Position numbers and translations under genes: made by a program. Below are positions 49,370-58,142 of a stretch of DNA of 64,000 bases, piece by piece. Each line of letters starts with the position of its first letter. The first letter of the stretch is position 1. The notes under the pieces were generated by a model. That model saw only the letters and a list, made by a program, of their open reading frames with translations. It was not told where the DNA came from and made no database searches. Source of the stretch: Bacteroidota bacterium (GTDB lineage Bacteria > Bacteroidota > Bacteroidia > Flavobacteriales > Weeksellaceae); assembly GCA_023422635.1 (NCBI GenBank), contig JAFAGO010000029.1, positions 116,796 to 180,795 on the forward strand, read 5' to 3'.

Positions 49370-49387
49370 TGTAGACCCATGAGGAAT
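49370..49387. repeat. Right att direct repeat (within tRNA-Arg)
   Basis: TGTAGACCCATGAGGAAT, identical to 43099-43116. Confidence 0.9.
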
Positions 49388-49443
49388 CGAACCTCAACCT
49401 AAAGAACCGGAATCTTTAATTCTATCCATTAAACTATGGGTCC
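49372..49443 (-). tRNA. tRNA-Arg (anticodon CCG)
   Basis: Hand-folded cloverleaf. Acceptor GGACCCA/TGGGTCT, anticodon stem AAAGA/TCTTT with loop TTCCGGT, T-arm TGAGG-TTCGATT-CCTCA, D-loop containing GG. Confidence 0.85.
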
Positions 49444-49531
49444 CCTTTCTATTTTTATCAATTGAAAATTGTAAGGATTACAACTTTGTTTGTTTCAACT
49501 CCATATTCCAAAAAAGAATTTTACTTTGCTG

Positions 49532-51295
49532 TTAGAAAGTAATTTTTACACCGCCTAAAACCTGAGCGCCCAAAACTTTATATCCTTTAAAGGTTTGATA
49601 GTTGGCGTTGAGTAAATTATTTCCGTGTGCAAAAATACTGAAATTTTTATGGATTTTATACTCTGCAGAAAGATTTAAATCTGCGTATCCGCCAACCTTT
49701 TCATTACGAAGTTCTTGAATGCCATCAACTGGAAAAGTTTGAGGAACTAAAAACATATTGGTCGTTCTATCGCTTACAAAATATCCATTAAAGCCAAGTT
49801 GAAGTTTTTTGTCGAGCATTGTATATTTGGCTCCAATATTTGCTTTCAATAAAGGTTTGTAAAAAATATGTTCATAGTTATCTAAATCGTATTTGGTATA
49901 GTTCAGTTCGCCATTAATAACAAGATTTTCGAGAGGGAAATACTGAACGCTACCTTTCACTTCACTAATTTTTCCGTTATCATAAACAGCGGAAAATGTA
50001 TTGGCAAATCCGTAAGGAGTTTGAACGGCGTTATCAGCATTGATCAAATTATTCCCTTCGTAAAACATAATATCATTTGCTTTACCAAATCCTGCGGAAA
50101 AATCATATTTTAAGTTTTCTTGAATATCCCCGCGTAAACCAAGATAAAAATGATACTTGGTTTCTGTAGGTTTCAATACTTGGTCGGAAAGCAAATACGG
50201 ATTTTCTTGAAGCATATCCGTATATGAATTGAGTTTCAAACCACCATCAACTCCTGCATAAAATTTAAATTCATCAGCGGCGGCAATTTGCAATTCTGCT
50301 CTTGGAAACCAATACGTTTTATTCGATTTCAGTTGTTCTTCTAAAAGAGAATTGTTGTTTTTGGAAGTATTAAAAGTAAAATCAGAGCCCAACATTAAGT
50401 ACGATTCTCCTTTAAATAACGTTACTTTCGGGGAAATCGTTCCGTTGAAAAAACTCGAAGTATTGGCATTTAAAATATCAAAAGTTGTGCTTTGCGTGTC
50501 AATTCCTAAACCTAAATCTCCATTTAACGTAACATCATTGTACACCGGAACGGAATGCTTCGAAAGATTAAATAAAGCAGAAGCTTTGTTTTCGGAAGCA
50601 TCAAAAACATCGGTTAAAAAAGACGCTTTTACACGAGCATCATTAAGAATTTCATTGGAATAAAAATCGTAATATCCATCAACATTAATTACGTTTGTTT
50701 TCTGTTTAATATCAATATCAGCACTTGGATTCACGGCATAAATCCCGTAATAATTATACTGATTCGTGGCATAACCTGCGTTGATGTTAAATTTACCTTG
50801 TTCTCCGTAGTTATTTAGAAAAACATTCAAATCTGCTTCGCTTTGTTTCGATTTCCAATCGTAGATTTTCTTGAGTCCGTTGGTTGAATTAAAGTGTACA
50901 TCAGCACCCACTTCCATTTTACTTTCCAAAACTGTAGAAATATTTGCATCCGCCAAAATTCGACCGTAATTTCCCATTCCAAAACGCACATAATTATTTT
51001 GATACGTGTTGCTGAATTCGGGCGCGATATCCGAACCTTGAATGGTTGATGTTTTAAAATCAGAAACCGCAGGAACATCTGTAATATCATATTTCAGATT
51101 TAAAGAATCCTGAATTTTCTTTTCTTTTGGGGGATAATTTTTAACGGTTTCTACTGAAGTTTTTTTCTTTTCAATTTTGCGAATTTCGGGTTCTCTTTTT
51201 TTATTTAAGATGAGTTTTTCTTCCTTAATCTGTGCGAAAGAAAAAGTCGAAACGCCCAATAATAGGAAAGAAAGTATTTGAATTTTTGTATTCAT
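49532..51295 (-). CDS. Outer-membrane beta-barrel protein (receptor-like barrel, no obvious plug)
   Basis: Signal peptide ...FSFAQ, alternating beta-strand pattern, C-terminal ...GGVKITF. Confidence 0.65.
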   Translation of the reverse strand: MNTKIQILSFLLLGVSTFSFAQIKEEKLILNKKREPEIRKIEKKKTSVETVKNYPPKEKKIQDSLNLKYDITDVPAVSDFKTSTIQGSDIAPEFSNTYQNNYVRFGMGNYGRILADANISTVLESKMEVGADVHFNSTNGLKKIYDWKSKQSEADLNVFLNNYGEQGKFNINAGYATNQYNYYGIYAVNPSADIDIKQKTNVINVDGYYDFYSNEILNDARVKASFLTDVFDASENKASALFNLSKHSVPVYNDVTLNGDLGLGIDTQSTTFDILNANTSSFFNGTISPKVTLFKGESYLMLGSDFTFNTSKNNNSLLEEQLKSNKTYWFPRAELQIAAADEFKFYAGVDGGLKLNSYTDMLQENPYLLSDQVLKPTETKYHFYLGLRGDIQENLKYDFSAGFGKANDIMFYEGNNLINADNAVQTPYGFANTFSAVYDNGKISEVKGSVQYFPLENLVINGELNYTKYDLDNYEHIFYKPLLKANIGAKYTMLDKKLQLGFNGYFVSDRTTNMFLVPQTFPVDGIQELRNEKVGGYADLNLSAEYKIHKNFSIFAHGNNLLNANYQTFKGYKVLGAQVLGGVKITF

Positions 51296-51359
51296 AATGA
51301 AATTTGAGACTTTAAGATGAGAGAGTTTGAAACTTTGAAATCATGTTCAAATCGCCACA

Positions 51360-54320
51360 TCATTTGATTTGTTTTTTCACTGCTTTTGCTTCTGCTACAA
51401 CATCGGGAAAATCACCATAATTCGTAATAATTTGGTCACAGGTGTAACTCGCTTGATACTGATCTTTTAGCGCTAAATAATTTTTTGCCATAATCACCAG
51501 CGCTTTTGCGCCCCAATATTCTTCGGATGCATAATTATTCGCAAGTTTAAAAATCGTTTCATTCGAAGATTTAAATGCTTTTCCTTTATTTTGATAAAAT
51601 GCTTTTGCATATAAAGCTTCCGCGGCAACTTCAGTGTTCGAAGATTTTTCTAATGCAGCGTAAGCATTTTGAGCATCTTTATCTTTCCCTTTATTCATCA
51701 AGCTTCTCGCCTTAATTACTTTTGCACTTTCCAAAATGGTATTGGAATTTTTTGAATTTGCAATTACAGCGTCAGCATATTTTTCTGCTTTGTTAAAGTC
51801 TTTTTCCTCACCATAAAGTTTCATCAATTCAACATTTGCGAAATTTTTAATATTCACATTTGCAGAATTTGAAAGACTTTCGAGATACGTTTTTGCCTCT
51901 CCATTTTTACCTTGAGCCAAATAGATTTGTGCAATTCTGGTTTGCGCATCTTCCTGATAATCATTTTGTACCTGTGCTACATCTTGCAAAACCAAAAGTG
52001 CTTTTGCAGAATTATTAGTTTGATACAAACTTTCTCCCATTTCATATTGCGCTTGGTAAAGACCATCACCCGTTGGATTTTGAGAGAGATACTTTTCGTA
52101 ATACGGAATGGCCGTTTTGTAGTCTTTTCGAGCAAAAGCATTTTTAGCCGATGTTAAATTAATTTCATCGATTTCCGAAGCATCTACATTAACACCAACA
52201 CTTTTAGCAAAGGTTTGATATCCTGAAACATCCCCATTTTTTACATAAATTGGTCGCGCTGCTTGTACAATTTTTGAAGCATAGGCCGAATTTTGATATT
52301 GTTTGCCTAAAGATTTCAACTCCGAAAGCGCCTTACTTTCCTGATTAAGATCGATGAAATTCTGAGCACGATAAATTTGAGCGTTGGCAACAAGATCTTT
52401 ATCCGAAGACGATTTTATCACTTTATCAAAATAGGTATTTGAAGTAGAAAAATCATCCTGTGCGGCATACGCGGTTGCAATTTCATAATTGGAATCGTCT
52501 GCATAATCTGAATTTGGATATTGCGAAAGCAAATTTTTCAGATTGCTAATTTTCGCTTCGGTGTCGCCTTTAAATCCAAGAGCCATTGCTTTTTGAAAAA
52601 TAGTATAATCGTTCGAAGCATCAGTTTTATCATAAATTGCAATCGCTTCATTTAAATCATTATTCGCATAATACGTATCTGCTAAACGAAGTTCGGCATC
52701 TGTTTTAAATTCTTGTTTTGGATTTTCGAGATATTTTTTGAAATACGCACCTGCCTTTTCGAAGTTTTTCGATTTAAAATACGCATATCCTAAATCATAA
52801 TCCAATTGCTGTTTTTCTGGAAAACTTTCGTTCAATAGTTTTTCATAGCGTACAATTGCAGAAGGATAATTTCCTTTTTGATAATACGTTTGCGCAAGCC
52901 AATATAAGGCACGTGGCGTAAATTCTTTATTTTCGTTGAGTTCTAAACTTCTGAGTAAATATTTTTCCGCTTCATCATAATTGCCTTTGTTAAACTCTTC
53001 CGTTCCTAAAAGAAAAGAAACTTCTTGATCAATTTTATCCGTTTCGTTAGTTGAATTGGGCAATTTATCGATCGCCTCGAGCGTCTCTTTAAAATTCCCG
53101 GAATACAGATACGATTTTACAAGTAGCGATTTTAACGCTGTAGTTTTGCTTCCTGAAGGATATTTGCTGATGTAACTTTGAATAACTTTGGGAGCCGCTT
53201 CAAAAGGATTCCCAATATCGTAACTTAGTTTTGCATATTGCTCATGCGCCAATTGTTGTACTGTTTGGTCGTAATTCATTTGATACGCTGAACGAAATGC
53301 TGAAAGTGCTTCTTGCTTTTTGCCGGTTTGCAAATAGGCATTTCCCAATTGATAGTACGCATTTTGCGCTAACGGCGAATCGGAATTTACCAACTGATTG
53401 TAATACGAAACCGCTTCATCATATCGGCCCATTTTTGAAGCAACAAAACCCATTTCATACAAATCGCTTTCGGACGGATTATTTTGAACATCCAAATAGG
53501 TTTTCAAATTGGGATACGCTTTTTCATACTCTCCAAGCATAAAATAACTTTCACCAATAATTTTATGAACTTCAGCTTTATAGTCAGAAGAAATAGTGTA
53601 ATTCAAAAGCTCATTTCCTTCATCAATGGCCTTTTCGTAGTCTTTATCGTTAAAATACAATTGCACATAGTATGGACGAACCAATTGGGAAAATTTTTCG
53701 TCATTCTTAATGGAATCAAAATACTGAAAAGCCTTCTCACTTTGTCCATCTTGATAATACAAATGTCCCAACATATAGGCAACATCGCCTTTTTCGGTTT
53801 CATCTAAATTTTGATACGATTCTTCCAACGCTTCAATTGCGCCTGCTGAATCCCCAGTCATAAATTTGGCATAACCCAACTTTAATATATATTGGGTATT
53901 TTCTTCTTTTGAAAGCTGATATTGATTGACCTTTTGCAAGGTTTCAAGTGCTTTTTCAAAATCTTTTTGAGCTAGGTAATAATCCGCTAAAGGCAAATTT
54001 GCTTGCGCGAAATACGCAGAATTTGGGTATTGCTTCATAAAAGCAGCCAAACCTTCCTCCGCATGATTTTTTTGCAGAATCACACCAATTACATTATCAA
54101 AAAACTGAGCTGCTTCCTTTCGAGAATTGGAAAGTGTAGCGTTGTAGAAATACTGTTGCGCAAATTCATACTGCGCAGCATTGTATATCTTCGTTTGATA
54201 AAGATTTTCAGCAAGATTGAACGTATATTCATCTTTATCCCTATAATATTGAGAAAGTTGCGCGTTTGCATACCCGAAATATGCAAAAGCAACAGCGATT
54301 AAAATTTTCTTCGAATTCAT
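51360..54320 (-). CDS. Large tetratricopeptide-repeat protein
   Basis: ~986 aa from MNSKKILIAVAF (signal peptide). Repeated A..Y..G..Y...Y..A TPR-like heptads throughout. Confidence 0.75.
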   Translation of the reverse strand: MNSKKILIAVAFAYFGYANAQLSQYYRDKDEYTFNLAENLYQTKIYNAAQYEFAQQYFYNATLSNSRKEAAQFFDNVIGVILQKNHAEEGLAAFMKQYPNSAYFAQANLPLADYYLAQKDFEKALETLQKVNQYQLSKEENTQYILKLGYAKFMTGDSAGAIEALEESYQNLDETEKGDVAYMLGHLYYQDGQSEKAFQYFDSIKNDEKFSQLVRPYYVQLYFNDKDYEKAIDEGNELLNYTISSDYKAEVHKIIGESYFMLGEYEKAYPNLKTYLDVQNNPSESDLYEMGFVASKMGRYDEAVSYYNQLVNSDSPLAQNAYYQLGNAYLQTGKKQEALSAFRSAYQMNYDQTVQQLAHEQYAKLSYDIGNPFEAAPKVIQSYISKYPSGSKTTALKSLLVKSYLYSGNFKETLEAIDKLPNSTNETDKIDQEVSFLLGTEEFNKGNYDEAEKYLLRSLELNENKEFTPRALYWLAQTYYQKGNYPSAIVRYEKLLNESFPEKQQLDYDLGYAYFKSKNFEKAGAYFKKYLENPKQEFKTDAELRLADTYYANNDLNEAIAIYDKTDASNDYTIFQKAMALGFKGDTEAKISNLKNLLSQYPNSDYADDSNYEIATAYAAQDDFSTSNTYFDKVIKSSSDKDLVANAQIYRAQNFIDLNQESKALSELKSLGKQYQNSAYASKIVQAARPIYVKNGDVSGYQTFAKSVGVNVDASEIDEINLTSAKNAFARKDYKTAIPYYEKYLSQNPTGDGLYQAQYEMGESLYQTNNSAKALLVLQDVAQVQNDYQEDAQTRIAQIYLAQGKNGEAKTYLESLSNSANVNIKNFANVELMKLYGEEKDFNKAEKYADAVIANSKNSNTILESAKVIKARSLMNKGKDKDAQNAYAALEKSSNTEVAAEALYAKAFYQNKGKAFKSSNETIFKLANNYASEEYWGAKALVIMAKNYLALKDQYQASYTCDQIITNYGDFPDVVAEAKAVKKQIK

Positions 54321-54393
54321 GAAGTACGATTTAAAATACCACCGTTTAGGCAATTTTATGATTGATTAATTCTTTATCGGAAAAACCGAAAAG

Positions 54394-54402
54394 TTATCCA
54401 CA
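54394..54402 (+). promoter_or_regulatory. Perfect DnaA-box consensus TTATCCACA
   Basis: Exact 9-mer in a divergent intergenic region. Confidence 0.5.
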
Positions 54403-54465
54403 ATTAGGAAACGAAATTATCAAAAACTTATTGCATTTACAATAGTTTTTAGCATATTGTTAATT

Positions 54466-54474
54466 TGTGGATAA
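54466..54474 (-). promoter_or_regulatory. Perfect DnaA-box consensus (TGTGGATAA on the plus strand)
   Basis: Exact 9-mer inverted relative to 54394-54402. The context AATTTGTGGATAA mirrors TTATCCACAATT. Confidence 0.5.
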
Positions 54475-54543
54475 TTTAAGATATATTAACGTAAAGTTTC
54501 AGTACGCACGCTATTTTTTTAACAATTATTTTACATAAATGAT

Positions 54544-54551
54544 TACATTTG
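54544..54551 (+). promoter_or_regulatory. Candidate -7 box (TACATTTG) for the permease gene
   Basis: Matches TAnnTTTG about 37 nt upstream of the ATG. Confidence 0.3.
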
Positions 54552-54588
54552 TTCAAGAAACGACTTTAAAATTCAATCTTACAATTCA

Positions 54589-56262
54589 ATGAATCAATTA
54601 TTCAGGAGGAAAAAATATGGAGCTGGCGACCAGACTTCAGGACTATTGCGTGTGCTTGGCGTTTGGGATATTGTATTTTTTGGAATTGCCGCCATTATTG
54701 GAGCGGGAAGCTTCAGCAGTTTAGGCGAAGCGGTATTTAAAGGCGGACCAGGCGTTATTCTACTCTATTTAATATGTGGTTTTGCATGTGCTTTTACCGC
54801 TTTATGTTATGCTGAATTTGCAAGCCGAATTCCTATGGCTGGTTCCGCATATACCTATGCGTACGCAAGTTTCGGAGAATTAATTGCATGGATTATCGGT
54901 TGGGCACTTATTATGGAATATTCCTTTGGGAACATTTATGTCGCCTTTTCTTGGTCGGATTATTTTACCAGTTTTCTGGAGCGTTTAGGTTTTCATATCC
55001 CTGACTATTTAACGTGTAGTTACAGCGAAGCAAAAAAAGCATTTTTGGGGAATTCACAAAATGCTGAATTGCTCAACGCTTGGAAATCTGCGCCCATAAT
55101 TGGTGGATTAAAAATAATTTTAGATGTTCCCGCGTTGGTGATTAACGCCTTAATTACATGGTTGTGCTACGTTGGTGTGAAGGAAAGCAAGAACTTCAAT
55201 AATGTTCTCGTGATTCTAAAATTAGCCGTAATTGTATTGGTGATTTTAGTAGGAATACAATATGTTTCGGTTGATAATTGGACTCCCGTAAATCCCGAAA
55301 CAGGCGAACACTCTTTTATGCCAAATGGATTTGCTGGAGTTATGAGCGCTGTTTCTGGAGTGTTTTTTGCGTACATTGGATTTGATGCCTTGAGTGTACT
55401 TTCTGAAGAAACTAAAAATCCCCAGAAAACACTTCCACGGGGAATGATCATTTCATTAATTGTATGTACCGTTATTTATATCGCATTAACCTTAGTATTA
55501 ACAGGAATGGTTGATTATCGCAAGTTTGATGGCGTTGGCGATCCACTAGCGTTTATATTTGCAGCCGGAAATGCCAATCTTGCTTGGATGGAACTGGTCG
55601 TTTCTTTTATCGCAATTATTGCGATTACCACGGTACTTTTGGTATTTCAAATGGGACAACCTAGAATTTGGTATGCCATGAGTAGAGATGGATTAATGCC
55701 AAAGAAATTTCAAGAAATTGATCCAAAACACAAAACACCATCTTACGCTACAATTATGACGGGCTTGGTAGTTGGAGTACCTATTTTGTTCACCGATAAA
55801 ACCTTTATATTAGACTTCACAAGTATCGGAACCATTTTCGCTTTTGTGCTGGTTTGTGGAGGCGTTCTTTTGCTTCCAGAAAAAGAAAAAATTAAAGGCA
55901 GATTTCATTTACCCTATATCAATTCCAGATTTATTTTCCCCATTTTATTCCTAGGTGGATTGGCATTTTTTTACTTCTGGCAGAAAGATTTCTTCATAAA
56001 TGTAATGGATTGGAAAGATCCTAATGAAGGGGAATTTCGCATTTCTGTATTCTTTTACATCTTGATCAATATTGGACTTTGCGTTTTAGCATTTGTAAAA
56101 AAACTTTCGCTAATTCCGCTTATTGGTTTAAGTTCTTGCTTATACTTACTTACAGGAATGAGCCATAACAATTGGTTTTGGTTCGGGCTTTGGTTTGCCA
56201 TTGGTTTGCTAATTTATTTTTTTTACGGATACAAACACAGCAAATTGAGAAACGAGAAATAG
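54589..56262 (+). CDS. APC-superfamily amino acid permease (CAT/YfnA-like)
   Basis: 557 aa with ~14 TM segments. N-terminal GAGSFSSLGEA-type motif. Confidence 0.8.
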   Translation: MNQLFRRKKYGAGDQTSGLLRVLGVWDIVFFGIAAIIGAGSFSSLGEAVFKGGPGVILLYLICGFACAFTALCYAEFASRIPMAGSAYTYAYASFGELIAWIIGWALIMEYSFGNIYVAFSWSDYFTSFLERLGFHIPDYLTCSYSEAKKAFLGNSQNAELLNAWKSAPIIGGLKIILDVPALVINALITWLCYVGVKESKNFNNVLVILKLAVIVLVILVGIQYVSVDNWTPVNPETGEHSFMPNGFAGVMSAVSGVFFAYIGFDALSVLSEETKNPQKTLPRGMIISLIVCTVIYIALTLVLTGMVDYRKFDGVGDPLAFIFAAGNANLAWMELVVSFIAIIAITTVLLVFQMGQPRIWYAMSRDGLMPKKFQEIDPKHKTPSYATIMTGLVVGVPILFTDKTFILDFTSIGTIFAFVLVCGGVLLLPEKEKIKGRFHLPYINSRFIFPILFLGGLAFFYFWQKDFFINVMDWKDPNEGEFRISVFFYILINIGLCVLAFVKKLSLIPLIGLSSCLYLLTGMSHNNWFWFGLWFAIGLLIYFFYGYKHSKLRNEK

Positions 56263-56322
56263 TATTTGCGTTAAACCTGATTCAATTCATCTTATTTAAA
56301 ATCATTACAACAAAAGTATGCG

Positions 56323-56330
56323 TATTTTTG
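56323..56330 (+). promoter_or_regulatory. Candidate -7 box (TATTTTTG) for hemN
   Basis: Matches TAnnTTTG and ends 4 nt before the ATG. Confidence 0.3.
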
Positions 56331-56334
56331 TAGA

Positions 56335-57693
56335 ATGAATTCTTTGGTTGACAAATACAATATTCCTGGACCGCGCTACACTTCCTACCCTACAGTTCCT
56401 TATTGGGAAGAAAACCTTTTTTCTGCTGATCAATGGATCAAAAGTGTACAAAGCTCCTTTATTGAAAGCAATAAAAAAGAAGGCATAAGCATTTACATTC
56501 ACTTGCCTTTTTGCGAATCTTTGTGTACATTTTGCGCGTGCCACAAGCGAATTACCAAACAGCATTCTGTAGAAACAACATACATTGAAACGGTTTTAAA
56601 AGAGTGGGAATTGTACCTAAAACTGTTTGATGAAAAACCACTGATAAAAGAACTTCATTTGGGAGGCGGAACTCCAACTTTTTTTTCGCCAGAAAATCTT
56701 GAAATTCTTTTAAAAGGAATTTTTGAAACTGCTGAAATAGCAACACATCCAGAATTTAGTTTTGAAGGTCATCCCAACAACACTACAAAAGCGCATTTAC
56801 AAAAACTCTACGATTTAGGTTTTCGAAGAGTGAGTTTCGGTGTGCAAGATTACGATTTAAAAGTACAGAAAGCCATCCACAGAATTCAACCTTTTGAAAA
56901 AGTTAAACAAGTTACGGATTGGTCTCGAGAGATTGGATACAAAAGCATTAGTCATGATTTGGTTTTTGGATTGCCCCATCAAAATTGGGAGACCATGGAA
57001 GCAACAATTCATAAAACTTTGGAGTTAAAACCAGATCGACTTGCCTTCTATTCTTATGCTCACGTCCCTTGGATTAAAGGTGTCGGGCAACGCGGCTTCG
57101 ATGAAAACGATCTTCCAACGGGAGAAGAAAAAAGAAAATTGTACCAAAATGGAAAATTGCTTTTTGAACAATTAGGGTATCAAGAAATTGGAATGGATCA
57201 TTTTGCGCTAACCAATGACGATTTGTACCTGTCGATGGAAGACAAAAAATTACATCGAAATTTTATGGGTTACACCTCGAGCAAAACCCAACTGATGATT
57301 GGTCTTGGGATGTCGGCAATTTCGGATTCTTGGTATGCGTTTGCCCAAAATGTAAAAACCGTTGAAGAATATCAAAAGTTGGTAAATGAAGGACAAATCC
57401 CTTTATTTAGAGGACATCTTTTAACGCAAGAAGATTTAATTATCCGAAAACACATTTTGAATTTAATGTGCCAATTAGAAACAAGTTGGGATATTGAAAC
57501 AGCATTTCCTGAACTCGAAAATTCACTATCAATTTTAAAAGAAATGGAAAAAGATGGTTTGGTTGCCATCGACAAAAATAAAATTACAATTACTGAAAAA
57601 GGAAGAACATTCACAAGAAATGTCGCAATGGCATTTGATCTTCGTATGCTTCGAAACAAACCTGAAACCCGAGTGTTTTCAATGACGGTGTAA
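56335..57693 (+). CDS. hemN: Oxygen-independent coproporphyrinogen III oxidase (radical SAM)
   Basis: PGPRYTSYPT N-terminus, CESLCTFCAC radical-SAM cluster motif, HLGGGTPT. Confidence 0.9.
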   Translation: MNSLVDKYNIPGPRYTSYPTVPYWEENLFSADQWIKSVQSSFIESNKKEGISIYIHLPFCESLCTFCACHKRITKQHSVETTYIETVLKEWELYLKLFDEKPLIKELHLGGGTPTFFSPENLEILLKGIFETAEIATHPEFSFEGHPNNTTKAHLQKLYDLGFRRVSFGVQDYDLKVQKAIHRIQPFEKVKQVTDWSREIGYKSISHDLVFGLPHQNWETMEATIHKTLELKPDRLAFYSYAHVPWIKGVGQRGFDENDLPTGEEKRKLYQNGKLLFEQLGYQEIGMDHFALTNDDLYLSMEDKKLHRNFMGYTSSKTQLMIGLGMSAISDSWYAFAQNVKTVEEYQKLVNEGQIPLFRGHLLTQEDLIIRKHILNLMCQLETSWDIETAFPELENSLSILKEMEKDGLVAIDKNKITITEKGRTFTRNVAMAFDLRMLRNKPETRVFSMTV

Positions 57694-57703
57694 CTAAAAA
57701 TAA

Positions 57704-57737
57704 AAAAACGGACAATCGTAAAAGATTATCCGTTTTT
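57704..57737. terminator. Bidirectional terminator
   Basis: AAAAACGGACAATC/GATTATCCGTTTTT stem with one mismatch, between convergent genes. Confidence 0.7.
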
Positions 57738-57740
57738 GTT

Positions 57741-58106
57741 TTATTTCATATTAATTACGCGATCTACCACATATTTTGTGTTTCCCCTCCATGGAACCGA
57801 CCCGTGATATTCTTTATAATGAAGATCGAAATATTTACCGGAGTTGTTTTCTAATTGTTGAAAAACAGCATCATCTTCAATCGAAAATTCAAATTCGTAG
57901 CTGGTAAGATTTCCGGTTTTTGGATTTCCACCAAAGCCTTGCTGTATTAATTTTCCTTCGTAGGTTTTAAATACGTTTCCTTTCCGTACGGCGTAATTTA
58001 AATATCCGGATTTTACTCCTTCACCGAAAACGAAAAAATATTTGTACCAAACAAAACCTCCTAAAAGAATCAGTATGGCAATAAGCGTAATCCAAAGATA
58101 TTTCAT
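57741..58106 (-). CDS. Hypothetical membrane-anchored protein
   Basis: 121-aa ORF with one N-terminal TM helix. Confidence 0.55.
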   Translation of the reverse strand: MKYLWITLIAILILLGGFVWYKYFFVFGEGVKSGYLNYAVRKGNVFKTYEGKLIQQGFGGNPKTGNLTSYEFEFSIEDDAVFQQLENNSGKYFDLHYKEYHGSVPWRGNTKYVVDRVINMK

Positions 58107-58142
58107 AAGTGCATTTTTTAAAATTTCCTCAAACTTAAGAAA

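Larger units (their letters stand above)
43099..49387 (+). mobile_element. ~6.3-kb integrative element in the tRNA-Arg(CCG) 3' end
   Basis: Perfect 18-bp direct repeats, tyrosine integrase, Xis-like HTH, HigBA. All eight ORFs are co-oriented. Composition is visibly more AT-rich than the flanks. Confidence 0.85.

Noticed and set aside
54354-54588. Calling this region oriC
   Set aside because: It has only two perfect DnaA boxes, no dnaA/dnaN nearby and no clear strand-bias switch of flanking genes. It is kept as a finding but not annotated as an origin.
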